DNA of 64,000 bases from Antedon mediterranea (lineage: Eukaryota; Animalia; Echinodermata), in the NCBI RefSeq assembly GCF_964355755.1, contig NC_092679.1, positions 9,392,201 to 9,456,200 on the forward strand, given 5' to 3'. The position numbers were made by a program, and so were the translations under genes. Below are positions 26,250 through 41,429 of this stretch, piece after piece. Each line of letters begins with the position of its first letter. Within the stretch, counting starts at the first letter, position 1. The notes below the pieces were generated by a model, which worked only from the letters and a program-made list of their open reading frames with translations, was not told the origin of the DNA and made no database searches.

Positions 26250-29200
26250 GTGTGAAAATTTTCTGTCGAAATGCTCAAAATGGTCAAAAACGTTTTTAAA
26301 TACGATATTAAGCTACTTTGTGCTCTTTGATGTTTTTGTGTGAAATGTTTTATCGAAATGCTCAAAATGGTCTAAAACGGTTTCTAATGTGATTTCAAGC
26401 ACTTTGATGTTTTTGTGTAACCAAGTTTTTCGAAAATCACAAAATTGTCTAAAACGTCTCCAAATGCGATTTGAAGCTATTCTGTACTCTTTGATGTTTT
26501 TATGTTAACAAGTTTTTCGAAAATCACAAAATGGTCTAAAACGTCTCCAAATGCGATTTTAAGCTATTCTAAGCACTTTGGTGTTTTTATGTTAACAAGT
26601 TTTTTTGAAATCACAAAATGGTCTAAAACGTCTCTAAATGAGATTTGAAGCTTTTCTGTACATTTTGATGTTTTTATGTTAACAAGTTTTTTCGAAAATC
26701 ACAAAATGGTCTAAAATGTCTCCAAATGCGATTTGAAGCTATTCTAAGCACTTTGGTGTTTTTATGGAAACAATTTTTTTCGAAAATCACAAAATGGTCT
26801 AAAACGTCTCCAAATGTGATTTGAAGCTATTCTGTACACTTTGATGTTTTTATGTTAGCAAGTTTTTTCGAAAATCACAAAATGGTCTAAAACGTCTACA
26901 AATGCGATTTGAAGCTAATCTGTACACTTTGATTTTTTTATGTTAACAAGTTTTTTCGAAAATCACAAAATGGTCTAAAACGTTTCCAAATGCGATTTGA
27001 AGCTATTCTGTACACTTTGATGTTTTGTGTGAAAATTTTCTGTCGAAATGCTCAAAATGGTCAAAAACGTTTTTAAATACGATATTAAGCTACTTTGTGC
27101 TCTTTGATGTTTTTGTGTGAAATGTTTTATCGAAATGCTCAAAATGGTCTAAAACGGTTTCTAATGTGATTTCAAGCACTTTGATGTTTTTGTGTAACCA
27201 AGTTTTTCGAAAATCACAAAATTGTCTAAAACGTCTCCAAATGCGATTTGAAGCTATTCTGTACACTTTGATGTTTTTATGTTAACAAGTTTTTCGAAAA
27301 TCACAAAATGGTCTAAAACGTCTCCAAATGCGATTTGAAGCTATTCTGTACACTTTGATGTTTTTATGTTAACAAGTTTTTCGAAAATCACAAAATGGTC
27401 TAAAACGTCTCCAAATGCGATTTGAAGCTAATCTGTACACTTTGATGTTTTTATGTTAACAAGTTTTTTCGAAAATCACAAAATGGTCTAAAACGTTTCA
27501 AAATGCGATTTGAAGCTTTTCTTTACACTTTGGTGTTTTTATGTTAACAAGTTTTTTCGAAAATCACAAAATGGTCTAAAACGTCTCCAAATGCGATTTG
27601 AAGCTATTCTGTACACTTTGATGTTTTTATGTTAACAAGTTTTTTCGAAGATCACAAAATGGTCTAAAACGTCTACAAATGCAATTTGAAGCTATTCTAA
27701 GCACTTTTGTGTTTTTATGTTAACAAGTTTTTTTCGAAAATCACAAAATGGTCTAAAACGTCTGCAAATGCGATTTTAAACTATTCTTAGCACATTGGTG
27801 TTTTTATTTAAACAAATTTTTTCGAAACTCACAAAATGGTCTAAAACGTCTCCAAATGCGATTAGAAGCTATTTTAAGCACTTTGGTGTTTTTGTGTTAA
27901 CAAGTTTTTCGAAATGCTCAAAATGGTCTAAAACGTTTCCAAATGCGATTTGAAGCTATTCTGTACACTTTGATGTTTTGTGTGAAAATTTTCTGTCGAA
28001 ATGCTCAAAATGGTCAAAAACGTTTTTAAATACGATATTAAGCTACTTTGTGCTCTTTGATGTTTTTGTGTGAAATGTTTTATCGAAATGCTCAAAATGG
28101 TCTAAAACGGTTTCTAATGTGATTTCAAGCACTTTGATGTTTTTGTGTAACCAAGTTTTTCGAAAATCACAAAATTGTCTAAAACGTCTCCAAATGCGAT
28201 TTGAAGCTATTCTGTACACTTTGATGTTTTTATGTTAACAAGTTTTTCGAAAATCACAAAATGGTCTAAAACGTCTCCAAATGCGATTTTAAGCTATTCT
28301 AAGCACTTTGGTGTTTTTATGTTAACAAGTTTTTTTGAAAATCACAAAATGGTCTAAAACGTCTCTAAATGCGATTTGAAGCTTTTCTGTACACTTTGGT
28401 GTTTTTATGGAAACAATTTTTTTCGAAAATCACAAAATGGTCTAAAATGTCTCCAAATGCGATTTGAAGCTATTCTAAGCACTTTGATGTTTTTATGTTA
28501 ACAAGTTTTTTCGAAAATCACAAAATGGTCTAAAACGTCTCCAATAGCGATTTTAAGCTATTCTGTACACTTTGATGTTTTTATGTTAACAACTTTTTTC
28601 GAAAATCACAAAATGGTCTAAAATGTCTCCAAATGCGATTTGAAGCTATTCTAAGCACTTTGGTGTTTTTATGGAAACAATTTTTTTCGAAAATCACAAA
28701 ATGGTCTAAAACGTCTCCAATAGCAATTTGAAGCTTTTCTTTACACTTTGGTGTTTTTATGTTAACAAGTTTTTTCGAAAATCACAAAATGATCTAAAAC
28801 GTCTCCAAATGCGATTTGAAGCTATTCTGTACACTTTGATGTTTTTATGTTAACAAGTTTTTTCGAAAATCACAAAATGTTCTAAAACGTCTACAAATGC
28901 AATTTGAAGCTATTCTAAGCACTTTTGTGTTTTTATGTTAACAAGTTTTTTCGAAAATCACAAAATGGTCTAAAACGTCTGCAAATGCGATTTGAAATTA
29001 TTCTTAGCACATTGGTGTTTTTATTTAAACAAATTTTTTCGAAACTCACAAAATGGTCTAAAACGTCTCCAAATGCGATTTGAAGCTATTTTAAGCACTT
29101 TGGTGTTTTTGTGTTAACAAGTTTTTCGAAATGCTCAAAATGGTCTAAAACGTTTTTAAACACGATATTAAGCTATTTTGTGCTCTTTGGTGTTTTTTTG

Positions 29201-32200
29201 TGAAAAGTTTTAGCAAAATGCTCAAAATGGTCTAAAACGATTTCTAATGTGATTTTAAGCACTTTGATGTTTTTATGTTAACTAGTTTTTTCGAAAATCA
29301 CAAAATGGTCTAAAACGTCTCCAAATGCGATTTGAAGCTATTTTAAGCACTTAGGTGCTTTTGTGTAACCAAGTTTTTTTGAAAATCACAAAAGGGTCTA
29401 AAATGTCTCCAAATGTGATTTGAAGCTATTTTAAGCACTTTGGTGTTTTTGTGTTAACAAGTTTTTCGAAATGCTCAAAATGGTCTAAAACGTTTTTAAA
29501 CACGATATTAAGCTATTTTGTGCTCTTTGGTGTTTTTTTGTGAAAAGTTTTAGCAAAATGCTCAAAATGGTCTAAAACGATTTCTAATGTGATTTTAAGC
29601 ACTTTGATGTTTTTATGTTAACTAGTTTTTTCGAAAATCACAAAATGGTCTAAAACGTCTCCAAATGCGATTTGAAGCTATTTTAAGCACTTAGGTGCTT
29701 TTGTGTAACCAAGTTTTTTTGAAAATCACAAAAGGGTCTAAAATGTCTCCAAATGTGATTTGAAGCTATTTTAAGCACTTTGGTGTTTTTGTGTTAACAA
29801 GTTTTTCGGAAATCACAAAATTGTCTAAAACGTCTCCAAATGCGATTTGAAGCTATTCTGTACACTTTGATGTTTTTATGTTAACAAGTTTTTTAGAAAA
29901 TCACAAAATGGTCTAAAACATCTCCAAATGCGATTTAAAGCTATTTTAAGCACTTTGGTGTTTTTATGTTAACAAGTTTTTTCGAAAATCACAAAATGGT
30001 CTAAAACGTCTCCAAATGCGATTTGAAGCTATTTTAAGCACTTGGGTGTTTTTGTGTTAACAAGTTTTTCGAAATGCTCAAAATGGTCTAAAACGTTTCC
30101 AAATGCGATTTGAAGCTATTCTGTACACTTTGATGTTTTGTGTGAAAATTTTCTGTCGAAATGCTCAAAATGGTCAAAAACGTTTTTAAAAACGATATTA
30201 AGCTACTTTGTGCTCTTTGATGTTTTTGTGTGAAATGTTTTATCGAAATGCTCAAAATGGTCTAAAACGGTTTCTAATGTGATTTCAAGCACTTTGATGT
30301 TTTTGTGTAACCAAGTTTTTCGAAAATCACAAAATTGTCTAAAACGTCTCCAAATGCGATTTGAAGCTATTCTGTACTCTTTGATGTTTTTATGTTAACA
30401 AGTTTTTCGAAAATCACAAAATGGTCTAAAACGTCTCCAAATGCGATTTTAAGCTATTCTAAGCACTTTGGTGTTTTTATGTTAACAAGTTTTTTTGAAA
30501 TCACAAAATGGTCTAAAATGTCTCTAAATGAGATTTGAAGCTTTTCTGTACATTTTGATGTTTTTATGTTAACAAGTTTTTTCGAAAATCACAAAATGGT
30601 CTAAAATGTCTCCAAATGCGATTTGAAGCTATTCTAAGCACTTTGGTGTTTTTATGGAAACAATTTTTTTCGAAAATCACAAAATGGTCTAAAACGTCTC
30701 CAAATGTGATTTGAAGCTATTCTGTACACTTTGATGTTTTTATGTTAGCAAGTTTTTTCGAAAATTACAAAATGGTCTAAAACGTCTACAAATGCGATTT
30801 GAAGCTAATCTGTACACTTTGATGTTTTTATGTTAACAAGTTTTTTCGAAAATCACAAAAGGGTCTAAAATGTCTCCAAATGCGATTTGAAGCTATTCTA
30901 AGCACTTTGATGTTTTTATGTTACCAAGTTTTTTCGAAAATCACAAAATGGTCTAAAACGTCTCCAATAGCGATTTTAAGCTATTCTGTACACTTTGATG
31001 TTTTTATGTTAACAAGTTTTTCGAAAATCACAAAATGGTCTAAAACGTCTCCAAATGCGATTTTAAGCTATTCTAAGCACTTTGGTGTTTTTATGTTAAC
31101 AAGTTTTTTTGAAAATCACAAAATGGTCTAAAACGTCTCTAAATGCGATTTGAAGCTTTTCTGTACAATTTGATGTTTTTATGTTAACAACTTTTTTCGA
31201 AAATCACAAAATGGTCTAAAATGTCTCCAAATGCGATTTGAAGCTATTCTAAGCACTTTGGTGTTTTTATGGAAACAATTTTTTTCGAAAATCACAAAAT
31301 GGTCTAAAACGTCTCCAATAGCGATTTGAAGCTTTTCTGTACACTTTGGTGTTTTTATGTTAACAAGTTTTTTCGAAAATCACAAAATGGTCTAAAACGT
31401 CTCCAAATGCGATTTGAAGCTAATCTGTACACTTTGATGTTTTTATGTTAACAAGTTTTTTCGAAGATCACAAAATGGTCTAAAACGTCTACAAATGCAA
31501 TTTGAAGCTATTCTAAGCACTTTTGTGTTTTTATGTTAACAAGTTTTTTCGAAAATCACAAAATGGTCTAAAACGTCTGCAAATGCGATTTTAAACTATT
31601 CTTAGCACATTGGTGTTTTTATTTAAACAAATTTTTTCGAAACTCACAAAATGGTCTAAAACGTCTCCAAATGCGGTTTGAAGCTATTTTAAGCACTTTG
31701 GTGTTTTTGTGTTAACAAGTTTTTCGAAATGCTCAAAATGGTCTAAAACGTTTTTAAACACGATATTAAGCTATTTTGTGCTCTTTGGTGTTTTTTTGTG
31801 AAAAGTTTTAGCAAAATGCTCAAAATGGTCTAAAACGATTTCTAATGTGATTTTAAGCACTTTGATGTTTTTATGTTAACTAGTTTTTTCGAAAATCACA
31901 AAATGGTCTAAAACGTCTCCAAATGCGATTTGAAGCTATTTTAAGCACTTAAGTGCTTTTGTGTAACCAAGTTTTTTTGAAAATCACAAAAGGGTCTAAA
32001 ATGTCTCCAAATGTGATTTGAAGCTATTTTAAGCACTTTGGTGTTTTTGTGTTAACAAGTTTTTCGGAAATCACAAAATTGTCTAAAACGTCTCCAAATG
32101 CGATTTGAAGCTATTCTGTACACTTTGATGTTTTTATGTTAACAAGTTTTTTAGAAAATCACAAAATGGTCTAAAACATCTCCAAATGCGATTTAAAGCT

Positions 32201-35200
32201 ATTTTAAGCACTTTGGTGTTTTTATGTTAACAAGTTTTTTCGAAAATCACAAAATGGTCTAAAACGTCTCCAAATGCGATTTGAAGCTATTTTAAGCACT
32301 TTGGTGTTTTTGTGTTAACAAGTTTTTCGAAATGCTCAAAATGGTCTAAAACGTTTCCAAATGCGATTTGAAGCTATTCTGTACACTTTGATGTTTTGTG
32401 TGAAAATTTTCTGTCGAAATGCTCAAAATGGTCAAAAACGTTTTTAAATACGATATTAAGCTACTTTGTGCTCTTTGATGTTTTTGTGTGAAATGTTTTA
32501 TCGAAATGCTCAAAATGGTCTAAAACGGTTTCTAATGTGATTTCAAGCACTTTGATGTTTTTGTGTAACCAAGTTTTTCGAAAATCACAAAATTGTCTAA
32601 AACGTCTCCAAATGCGATTTGAAGCTATTCTGTACTCTTTGATGTTTTTATGTTAACAAGTTTTTCGAAAATCACAAAATGGTCTAAAACGTCTCCAAAT
32701 GCGATTTTAAGCTATTCTAAGCACTTTGGTGTTTTTATGTTAACAAGTTTTTTTGAAATCACAAAATGGTCTAAAACGTCTCTAAATGAGATTTGAAGCT
32801 TTTCTGTACATTTTGATGTTTTTATGTTAACAAGTTTTTTCGAAAATCACAAAATGGTCTAAAATGTCTCCAAATGCGATTTGAAGCTATTCTAAGCACT
32901 TTGGTGTTTTTATGGAAACAATTTTTTTCGAAAATCACAAAATGGTCTAAAACGTCTCCAAATGTGATTTGAAGCTATTCTGTACACTTTGATGTTTTTA
33001 TGTTAGCAAGTTTTTTCGAAAATCACAAAATGGTCTAAAACGTCTACAAATGCGATTTGAAGCTAATCTGTACACTTTGATGTTTTTATGTTAACAAGTT
33101 TTTTCGAAAATCACAAAAGGGTCTAAAATGTCTGTAAATGCGATTTGAAGCTATTTAAAGCACTTTGGTGTTTTTAGGTTAACAAGTTTTTTCGAAAATC
33201 ACAAAAGGGTCTAAAATGTCTGTAAATGCGATTTGAAGCTATTTAAAGCACTTTGGTGTTTTTAGGTTAACAAGTTTTTTCGAAAATCACAAAATGGTCT
33301 AAAACGTCTACAAATGCGATTTGAAGCTATTCTAAGCACTTTTGTGTTTTTATGTTAACAAGTTTTTTCGAAAATCACAAAATGGTCTAAAATGTCTCCA
33401 AATGCGATTTGAAGCTATTCTAAGCACTTTGGTGTTTTTATGGAAACAATTTTTTTCGAAAATCACAAAATGGTCTAAAACGTCTCCAAATGTGATTTGA
33501 AGCTATTCTGTACACTTTGATGTTTTTATGTTAGCAAGTTTTTTCGAAAATCACAAAATGGTCTAAAACGTCTACAAATGCGATTTGTAGCTAATCTGTA
33601 CACTTTGATGTTTTTATGTTAACAAGTTTTTTCGAAAATCACAAAAGGGTCTAAAATGTCTGTAAATGCGATTTGAAGCTATTTAAAGCACTTTGGTGTT
33701 TTTAGATTAACAAGTTTTTTCGAAAATCACAAAATGGTCTAAAACGTCTACAAATGCGATTTGAAGCTATTCTAAGCACTTTTGTGTTTTTATGTTAACA
33801 AGTTTTTTCGAAAATCACAAAATGGTCTAAAACGTCTCCAAATGCGATTTGAAGCTATTTTAAGCACTTTGGTGTTTTTGTGTTAACAAGTTTTTCGAAA
33901 ATCACAAAATGGTCTAAAACGTTTCCAAATGCGATTTGAAGCTATTCTGTACACTTTGATGTTTTGTGTGAAAATTTTCTTTCGAAATTCTCAAAATGGT
34001 CAAAAACGTTTTTAAATACGATATTAAGCTACTTTGTGCTCTTTGATGTTTTTGTGTGAAATGTTTTATCGAAATGCTCAAAATTGTCTAAAACGGTTTC
34101 TAATGTGATTTCAAGCACTTTGATGTTTTTGTGTAACCAAGTTTTTCGAAAATCACAAAATTGTCTAAAACGTCTCCAAATGCGATTTGAAGCTATTCTG
34201 TACACTTTGATGTTTTTATGTTAACAAGTTTTTCGAAAATCACAAAATGGTCTAAAACGTCTCCAAATGCGATTTGAAGCTATTCTGTACACTTTGATGT
34301 TTTTATGTTAACAAGTTTTTCGAAAATCACAAAATGGTCTAAAACGTCTCTAAATGCGATTTGAAGCTTTTCTGTACACTTTAATGTTTTTATGTTAACT
34401 TTTTTCGAAAATCACAAAATGGTCTAAATTTTCTCCAAATGCGATTTGAAGCTATTCTAAGCACTTTGATGTTTTTATGTTAACAAGTTTTTTCGAAAAT
34501 CACAAAATGGTCTAAAACGTCTCCAATAGCGATTTTAAGCTATTCTGTACACTTTGATGTTTTTATGTTAACAAGTTTTTCGAAAATCACAAAATGGTCT
34601 AAAATGCGATTTTAAGCTATTCTAAGCACTTTGGTGTTTTTATGTTAACAAGTTTTTTTGAAAATCACAAAATGGTCTAAAACGTCTCTAAATGCGATTT
34701 GAAGCTTTTCTGTACACTTTGATGTTTTTATGTTAACAACTTTTTTCGAAAATCACAAAATGGTCTAAAATGTCTCCAAATGCGATTTGAAGCTATTCTA
34801 AGCACTTTGGTGTTTTTATGGAAACAATTTTTTTCGAAAATCACAAAATGGTCTAAAACGTCTCCAATAGCGATTTGAAGCTTTTCTGTACACTTTGGTG
34901 TTTTTATGTTAACAAGTTTTTTCGAAAATCACAAAATGGTCTAAAACGTCTCCAAATGCGATTTGAAGCTAATCTGTACACTTTGATGTTTTTATGTTAA
35001 CAAGTTTTTTCGAAAATCACAAAATGGTCTAAAACGTTTCAAAATGCGATTTGAAGCTTTTCTTTACACTTTGGTGTTTTTATGTTAACAAGTTTTTTCG
35101 AAAATCACAAAATGGTCTAAAACGTCTCCAAATGCGATTTGAAGCTATTCTGTACACTTTGATGTTTTTATGTTAACAAGTTTTTTCGAAGATCACAAAA

Positions 35201-38200
35201 TTGTCTAAAACGTCTACAAATGCAATTTGAAGCTATTCTAAACACTTTTGTGTTTTTATGTTAACAAGTTTTTTTCGAAAATCACAAAATGGTCTAAAAC
35301 GTCTGCAAATGCGATTTTAAACTATTCTTAGCACATTGGTGTTTTTATTTAAACAAATTTTTTCGAAACTCACAAAATGGTCTAAAACGTCTCCAAATGC
35401 GATTTGAAGCTATTTTAAGCACTTTGGTGTTTTTGTGTTAACAAGTTTTTCGAAATGCTCAAAATGGTCTAAAACGTTTTTAAACACGATATTAAGCTAT
35501 TTTGTGCTCTTTGATGTTTTTTTGTGAAAAGTTTTAGCAAAATGCTCAAAATGGTCTAAAACGATTTCTAATGTGATTTTAAGCACTTTGATGTTTTTAT
35601 GTTAACTAGTTTTTTCGAAAATCACAAAATGGTCTAAAACGTCTCCAAATGCGATTTGAAGCTATTTTAAGCACTTAGGTGCTTTTGTGTAACCAAGTTT
35701 TTTTGAAAATCACAAAAGGGTCTAAAATGTCTCCAAATGTGATTTGAAGCTATTTTAAGCACTTTGGTGTTTTTGTGTTAACAAGTTTTTCGGAAATCAC
35801 AAAATTGTCTAAAACGTCTCCAAATGCGATTTGAAGCTATTCTGTACACTTTGATGTTTTTATGTTAACAAGTTTTTTAGAAAATCACAAAATGGTCTAA
35901 AACATCTCCAAATGCGATTTAAAGCTATTTTAAGCACTTTGGTGTTTTTATGTTAACAAGTTTTTTCGAAAATCACAAAATGGTCTAAAACGTCTCCAAA
36001 TGCGATTTGAAGCTATTTTAAGCACTTTGGTGTTTTTGTGTTAACAAGTTTTTCGAAATGCTCAAAATGGTCTAAAACGTTTCCAAATGCGATTTGAAGC
36101 TATTCTGTACACTTTGATGTTTTGTGTGAAAATTTTCTGTCGAAATGCTCAAAATGGTCAAAAACGTTTTTAAATACGATATTAAGCTACTTTGTGCTCT
36201 TTGATGTTTTTGTGTGAAATGTTTTATCGAAATGCTCAAAATGGTCTAAAACGGTTTCTAATGTGATTTCAAGCACTTTGATGTTTTTGTGTAACCAAGT
36301 TTTTCGAAAATCACAAAATTGTCTAAAACGTCTCCAAATGCGATTTGAAGCTATTCTGTACTCTTTGATTTTTTTATTTTAACAAGTTTTTCGAAAATCA
36401 CAAAATGGTCTAAAACGTCTCCAAATGCGATTTTAAGCTATTCTAAGCACTTTGGTGTTTTTATGTTAACAAGTTTTTTTGAAAATCACAAAATGGTCTA
36501 AAACGTCTCTAAATGAGATTTGAAGCTTTTCTGTACACTTTGATGTTTTTATGTTAACAAGTTTTTTCGAAAATCACAAAATGGTCTAAAATGTCTCCAA
36601 ATGCGATTTGAAGCTATTCTAAGCACTTTGGTGTTTTTATGGAAACAATTTTTTTCGAAAATCACAAAATGGTCTAAAACGTCTCCAAATGTGATTTGAA
36701 GCTATTCTGTACACTTTGATGTTTTTATGTTAACAAGTTTTTTCGAAAATCACAAAATGGTCTAAAACGTCTACAAATGCGATTTGAAGCTATACTGTAC
36801 ACTTTGATGCTTTTATGTTAACAAGTTTTTTCGAAAATCACAAAATGGTCTAAAACGTTTCCAAATGCGATTTGAAGCTATTCTGTACACTTTGATGTTT
36901 TGTGTGAAAATTTTCTGTCGAAATGCTCAAAATGGTCAAAAACGTTTTTAAATACGATATTAAGCTACTTTGTGCTCTTTGATGTTTTTGTGTGAAATGT
37001 TTTATCGAAATGCTCAAAATGGTCTAAAACGGTTTCTAATGTGATTTCAAGCACTTTGATGTTTTTGTGTAACCAAGTTTTTCGAAAATCACAAAATTGT
37101 CTAAAACGTCTCCAAATGCGATTTGAAGCTATTCTGTACACTTTGATGTTTTTATGTTAACAAGTTTTTCGAAAATCACAAAATGGTCTAAAACGTCTCC
37201 AAATGCGATTTGAAGCTATTCTGTACACTTTGATGTTTTTATGTTAACAAGTTTTTCGAAAATCACAAAATGGTCTAAAACGTCTCTAAATGCGATTTGA
37301 AGCTTTTCTGTACACTTTGATGTTTTTATGTTAACAACTTTTTTCGAAAATCACAAAATGGTCTAAAATGTCTCCAAATGCGATTTGAAGCTATTCTAAG
37401 CACTTTGGTGTTTTTATGTTAACAAGTTTTTTCGAAAATCACAAAATGGTCTAAAACGTCTCCAAATGCGATTTGAAGATATTCTGTACACTTTGATGTT
37501 TTTATGTTAACAAGTTTTTTCGAAAATCACAAAATGGTCTAAAACGTCTACAAATGCGATTTGAAGCTATTCTGTACACTTTGATGTTTTTATGTTAACA
37601 AGTTTTTTCGAAAATCACAAAATGGTCTAAAACGTTTCCAAATGCGATTTGAAGCTATTCTGTACACTTTGATGTTTTGTGTGAAAATTTTCTTTCGAAA
37701 TGCTCAAAATGGTCAAAAACGTTTTTAAATACGATATTAAGCTACTTTGTGCTCTTTGATGTTTTTGTGTGAAATGTTTTATCGAAATGCTCAAAATGGT
37801 GTAAAACGGTTTCTAATGTGATTTCAAGCACTTTGATGTTTTTGTGTAACCAAGTTTTTCGAAAATCACAAAATTGTCTAAAACGTCTCCAAATGCGATT
37901 TGAAGCTATTCTGTACACTTTGATGTTTTTATGTTAACAAGTTTTTCGAAAATCACAAAATGGTCTAAAACATCTCCAAATGCGATTTGAAGCTATTCTG
38001 TACACTTTGATGTTTTTATGTTAACAAGTTTTTCGAAAATCACAAAATGGTCTAAAACGTCTCTAAATGCGATTTGAAGCTTTTCTGTACACTTTGATGT
38101 TTTTATGTTAACAACTTTTTTCGAAAATCACAAAATGGTCTAAAATGTCTCCAAATGCGATTTGAAGCTATTCTAAGCACTTTGATGTTTTTATGTTACC

Positions 38201-40900
38201 AAGTTTTTTCGAAAATCACAAAATGGTCTAAAATGTCTCCAATAGCGATTTTAAGCTATTCTGTACACTTTGATGTTTTTATGTTAACAAGTTTTTCGAA
38301 AATCACAAAATGGTCTAAAACGTCTCCAAATGCGATTTTAAGCTATTCTAAGCACTTTGGTGTTTTTATGTTAACAAGTTTTTTTGAAAATCACAAAATG
38401 GTCTAAAACGTCTCTAAATGCGATTTGAAGCTTTTCTGTACACTTTGATGTTTTTATGTTAACAACTTTTTTCGAAAATCACAAAATGGTCTAAAATGTC
38501 TCCAAATGCGATTTGAAGCTATTCTAAGCACTTTGGTGTTTTTATGGAAACAATTTTTTTCGAAAATCACAAAATGGTCTAAAACGTCTCCAATAGCGAT
38601 TTGAAGCTTTTCTGTACACTTTGGTGTTTTTATGTTAACAAGTTTTTTCGAAAATCACAAAATGGTCTAAAACGTCTCCAAATGCGATTTGAAGCTAATC
38701 TGTACACTTTGATGTTTTTATGTTAACAAGTTTTTTCGAAAATCACAAAATGGTCTAAAACGTTTCCAAATGCGATTTGAAGCTTTTCTTTACACTTTGG
38801 TGTTTTTATGTTAACAAGTTTTTTCGAAAATCACAAAATGGTCTAAAACGTCTCCAAATGCGATTTGAAGCTATTCTGTACACTTTGATGTTTTTATGTT
38901 AACAAGTTTTTTCGAAGATCACAAAATGGTCTAAAACGTCTACAAATGCAATTTGAAGCTATTCTAAGCACTTTTGTGTTTTTATGTTAACAAGTTTTTT
39001 CGAAAATCACAAAATGGTCTAAAACGTCTGCAAATGCGATTTTAAACTATTCTTAGCACATTGGTGTTTTTATTTAAACAAATTTTTTCGAAACTCACAA
39101 AATGGTCTAAAACGTCTCCAAATGCGATTTGAAGCTATTTTAAGCACTTTGGTGTTTTTGTGTTAACAAGTTTTTCGAAATGCTCAAAATGGTCTAAAAC
39201 GTTTTTAAACACGATATTAAGCTATTTTGTGCTCTTTGGTGTTTTTTTGTGAAAAGTTTTAGCAAAATGCTCAAAATGGTCTAAAACGATTTCTAATGTG
39301 ATTTTAAGCACTTTGATGTTTTTATGTTAACTAGTTTTTTCGAAAATCACAAAATGGTCTAAAACGTCTCCAAATGCGATTTGAAGCTATTTTAAGCACT
39401 TAGGTGCTTTTGTGTAACCAAGTTTTTTAGAAAATCACAAAAGGGTCTAAAATGTCTCCAAATGTGATTTGAAGCTATTTTAAGCACTTTGGTGTTTTTG
39501 TGTTAACAAGTTTTTCGGAAATCACAAAATTGTCTAAAACGTCTCCAAATGCGATTTGAAGCTATTCTGTACACTTTGATGTTTTTATGTTAACAAGTTT
39601 TTTAGAAAATCACAAAATGGTCTAAAACATCTCCAAATGCGATTTAAAGCTATTTTAAGCACTTTGGTGTTTTTATGTTAACAAGTTTTTTCGAAAATCA
39701 CAAAATGGTCTAAAACGTCTCCAAATGCGATTTGAAGCTATTTTAAGCACTTTGGTGTTTTTGTGTTAACAAGTTTTTCGAAATGCTCAAAATGGTCTAA
39801 AACGTTTCCAAATGCGATTTGAAGCTATTCTGTACACTTTGATGTTTTGTGTGAAAATTTTCTGTCGAAATGCTCAAAATGGTCAAAAACGTTTTTAAAT
39901 ACGATATTAAGCTACTTTGTGCTCTTTGATGTTTTTGTGTGAAATGTTTTATCGAAATGCTCAAAATGGTCTAAAACGGTTTATAATGTGATTTCAAGCA
40001 CTTTGATGTTTTTGTGTAACCAAGTTTTTCGAAAATCACAAAATTGTCTAAAACGTCTCCAAATGCGATTTGAAGCTATTCTGTACTCTTTGATGTTTTT
40101 ATGTTAACAAGTTTTTCGAAAATCACAAAATGGTCTAAAACGTCTCCAAATGCGATTTTAAGCTATTCTAAGCACTTTGGTGTTTTTATGTTAACAAGTT
40201 TTTTTGAAATCACAAAATGGTCTAAAACGTCTCTAAATGAGATTTGAAGCTTTTCTGTACATTTTGATGTTTTTATGTTAACAAGTTTTTTCGAAAATCA
40301 CAAAATGGTCTAAAATGTCTCCAAATGCGATTTGAAGCTATTCTAAGCACTTTGGTGTTTTTATGGAAACAATTTTTTTCGAAAATCACAAAATGGTCTA
40401 AAACGTCTCCAAATGTGATTTGAAGCTATTCTGTACACTTTGATGTTTTTATGTTAGCAAGTTTTTTCGAAAATCACAAAATGGTCTAAAACGTCTACAA
40501 ATGCGATTTGAAGCTAATCTGTACACTTTGATGTTTTTATGTTAACAAGTTTTTTCGAAAATCACAAAAGGGTCTAAAATGTCTGTAAATGCGATTTGAA
40601 GCTATTTAAAGCACTTTGGTGTTTTTAGGTTAACAAGTTTTTTCGAAAATCACAAAATGGTCTAAAACGTCTACAAATGCGATTTGAAGCTATTCTAAGC
40701 ACTTTTGTGTTTTTATGTTAACAAGTTTTTTCGAAAATCACAAAATGGTCTAAAATGTCTCCAAATGCGATTTGAAGCTATTCTAAGCACTTTGGTGTTT
40801 TTATGGAAACAATTTTTTTCGAAAATCACAAAATGGTCTAAAACGTCTCCAAATGTGATTTGAAGCTATTCTGTACACTTTGATGTTTTTATGTTAGCAA
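26250..40900 (+). repeat. Near-identical copy of about 1-14650 (offset 26249)
   Basis: Ten consecutive cassette markers (1 to 13600) all map at +26249, as do ORFs 4631/30880 and 11906/38155 and the private variant TAAGTGC at 5701/31950. Confidence 0.92.
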
Positions 40901-41429
40901 GTTTTTTCGAAAATCACAAAATGGTCTAAAACGTCTACAAATGCGATTTGAAGCTAATCTGTACACTTTGATGTTTTTATGTTAACAAGTTTTTTCGAAA
41001 ATCACAAAAGGGTCTAAAATGTCTGTAAATGCGATTTGAAGCTATTTAAAGCACTTTGGTGTTTTTAGATTAACAAGTTTTTTCGAAAATCACAAAATGG
41101 TCTAAAACGTCTACAAATGCGATTTGAAGCTATTCTAAGCACTTTTGTGTTTTTATGTTAACAAGTTTTTTCGAAAATCACAAAATGGTCTAAAACGTCT
41201 CCAAATGCGATTTGAAGCTATTTTAAGCACTTTGGTGTTTTTGTGTTAACAAGTTTTTCGAAAAGCTCAAAATGGTCTAAAACGTTTTTAAACACGATTT
41301 TAAGCTATTTTGTGCTCTTTGATGTTTTTTTGTGAAAAGTTTTAGCGAAATGCTCAAAATGGTCTAAAACGATTTCTAATGTGATTTTAAGCACTTTTAT
41401 GTTTTTATGTTAACTAGTTTTTTCAAAAA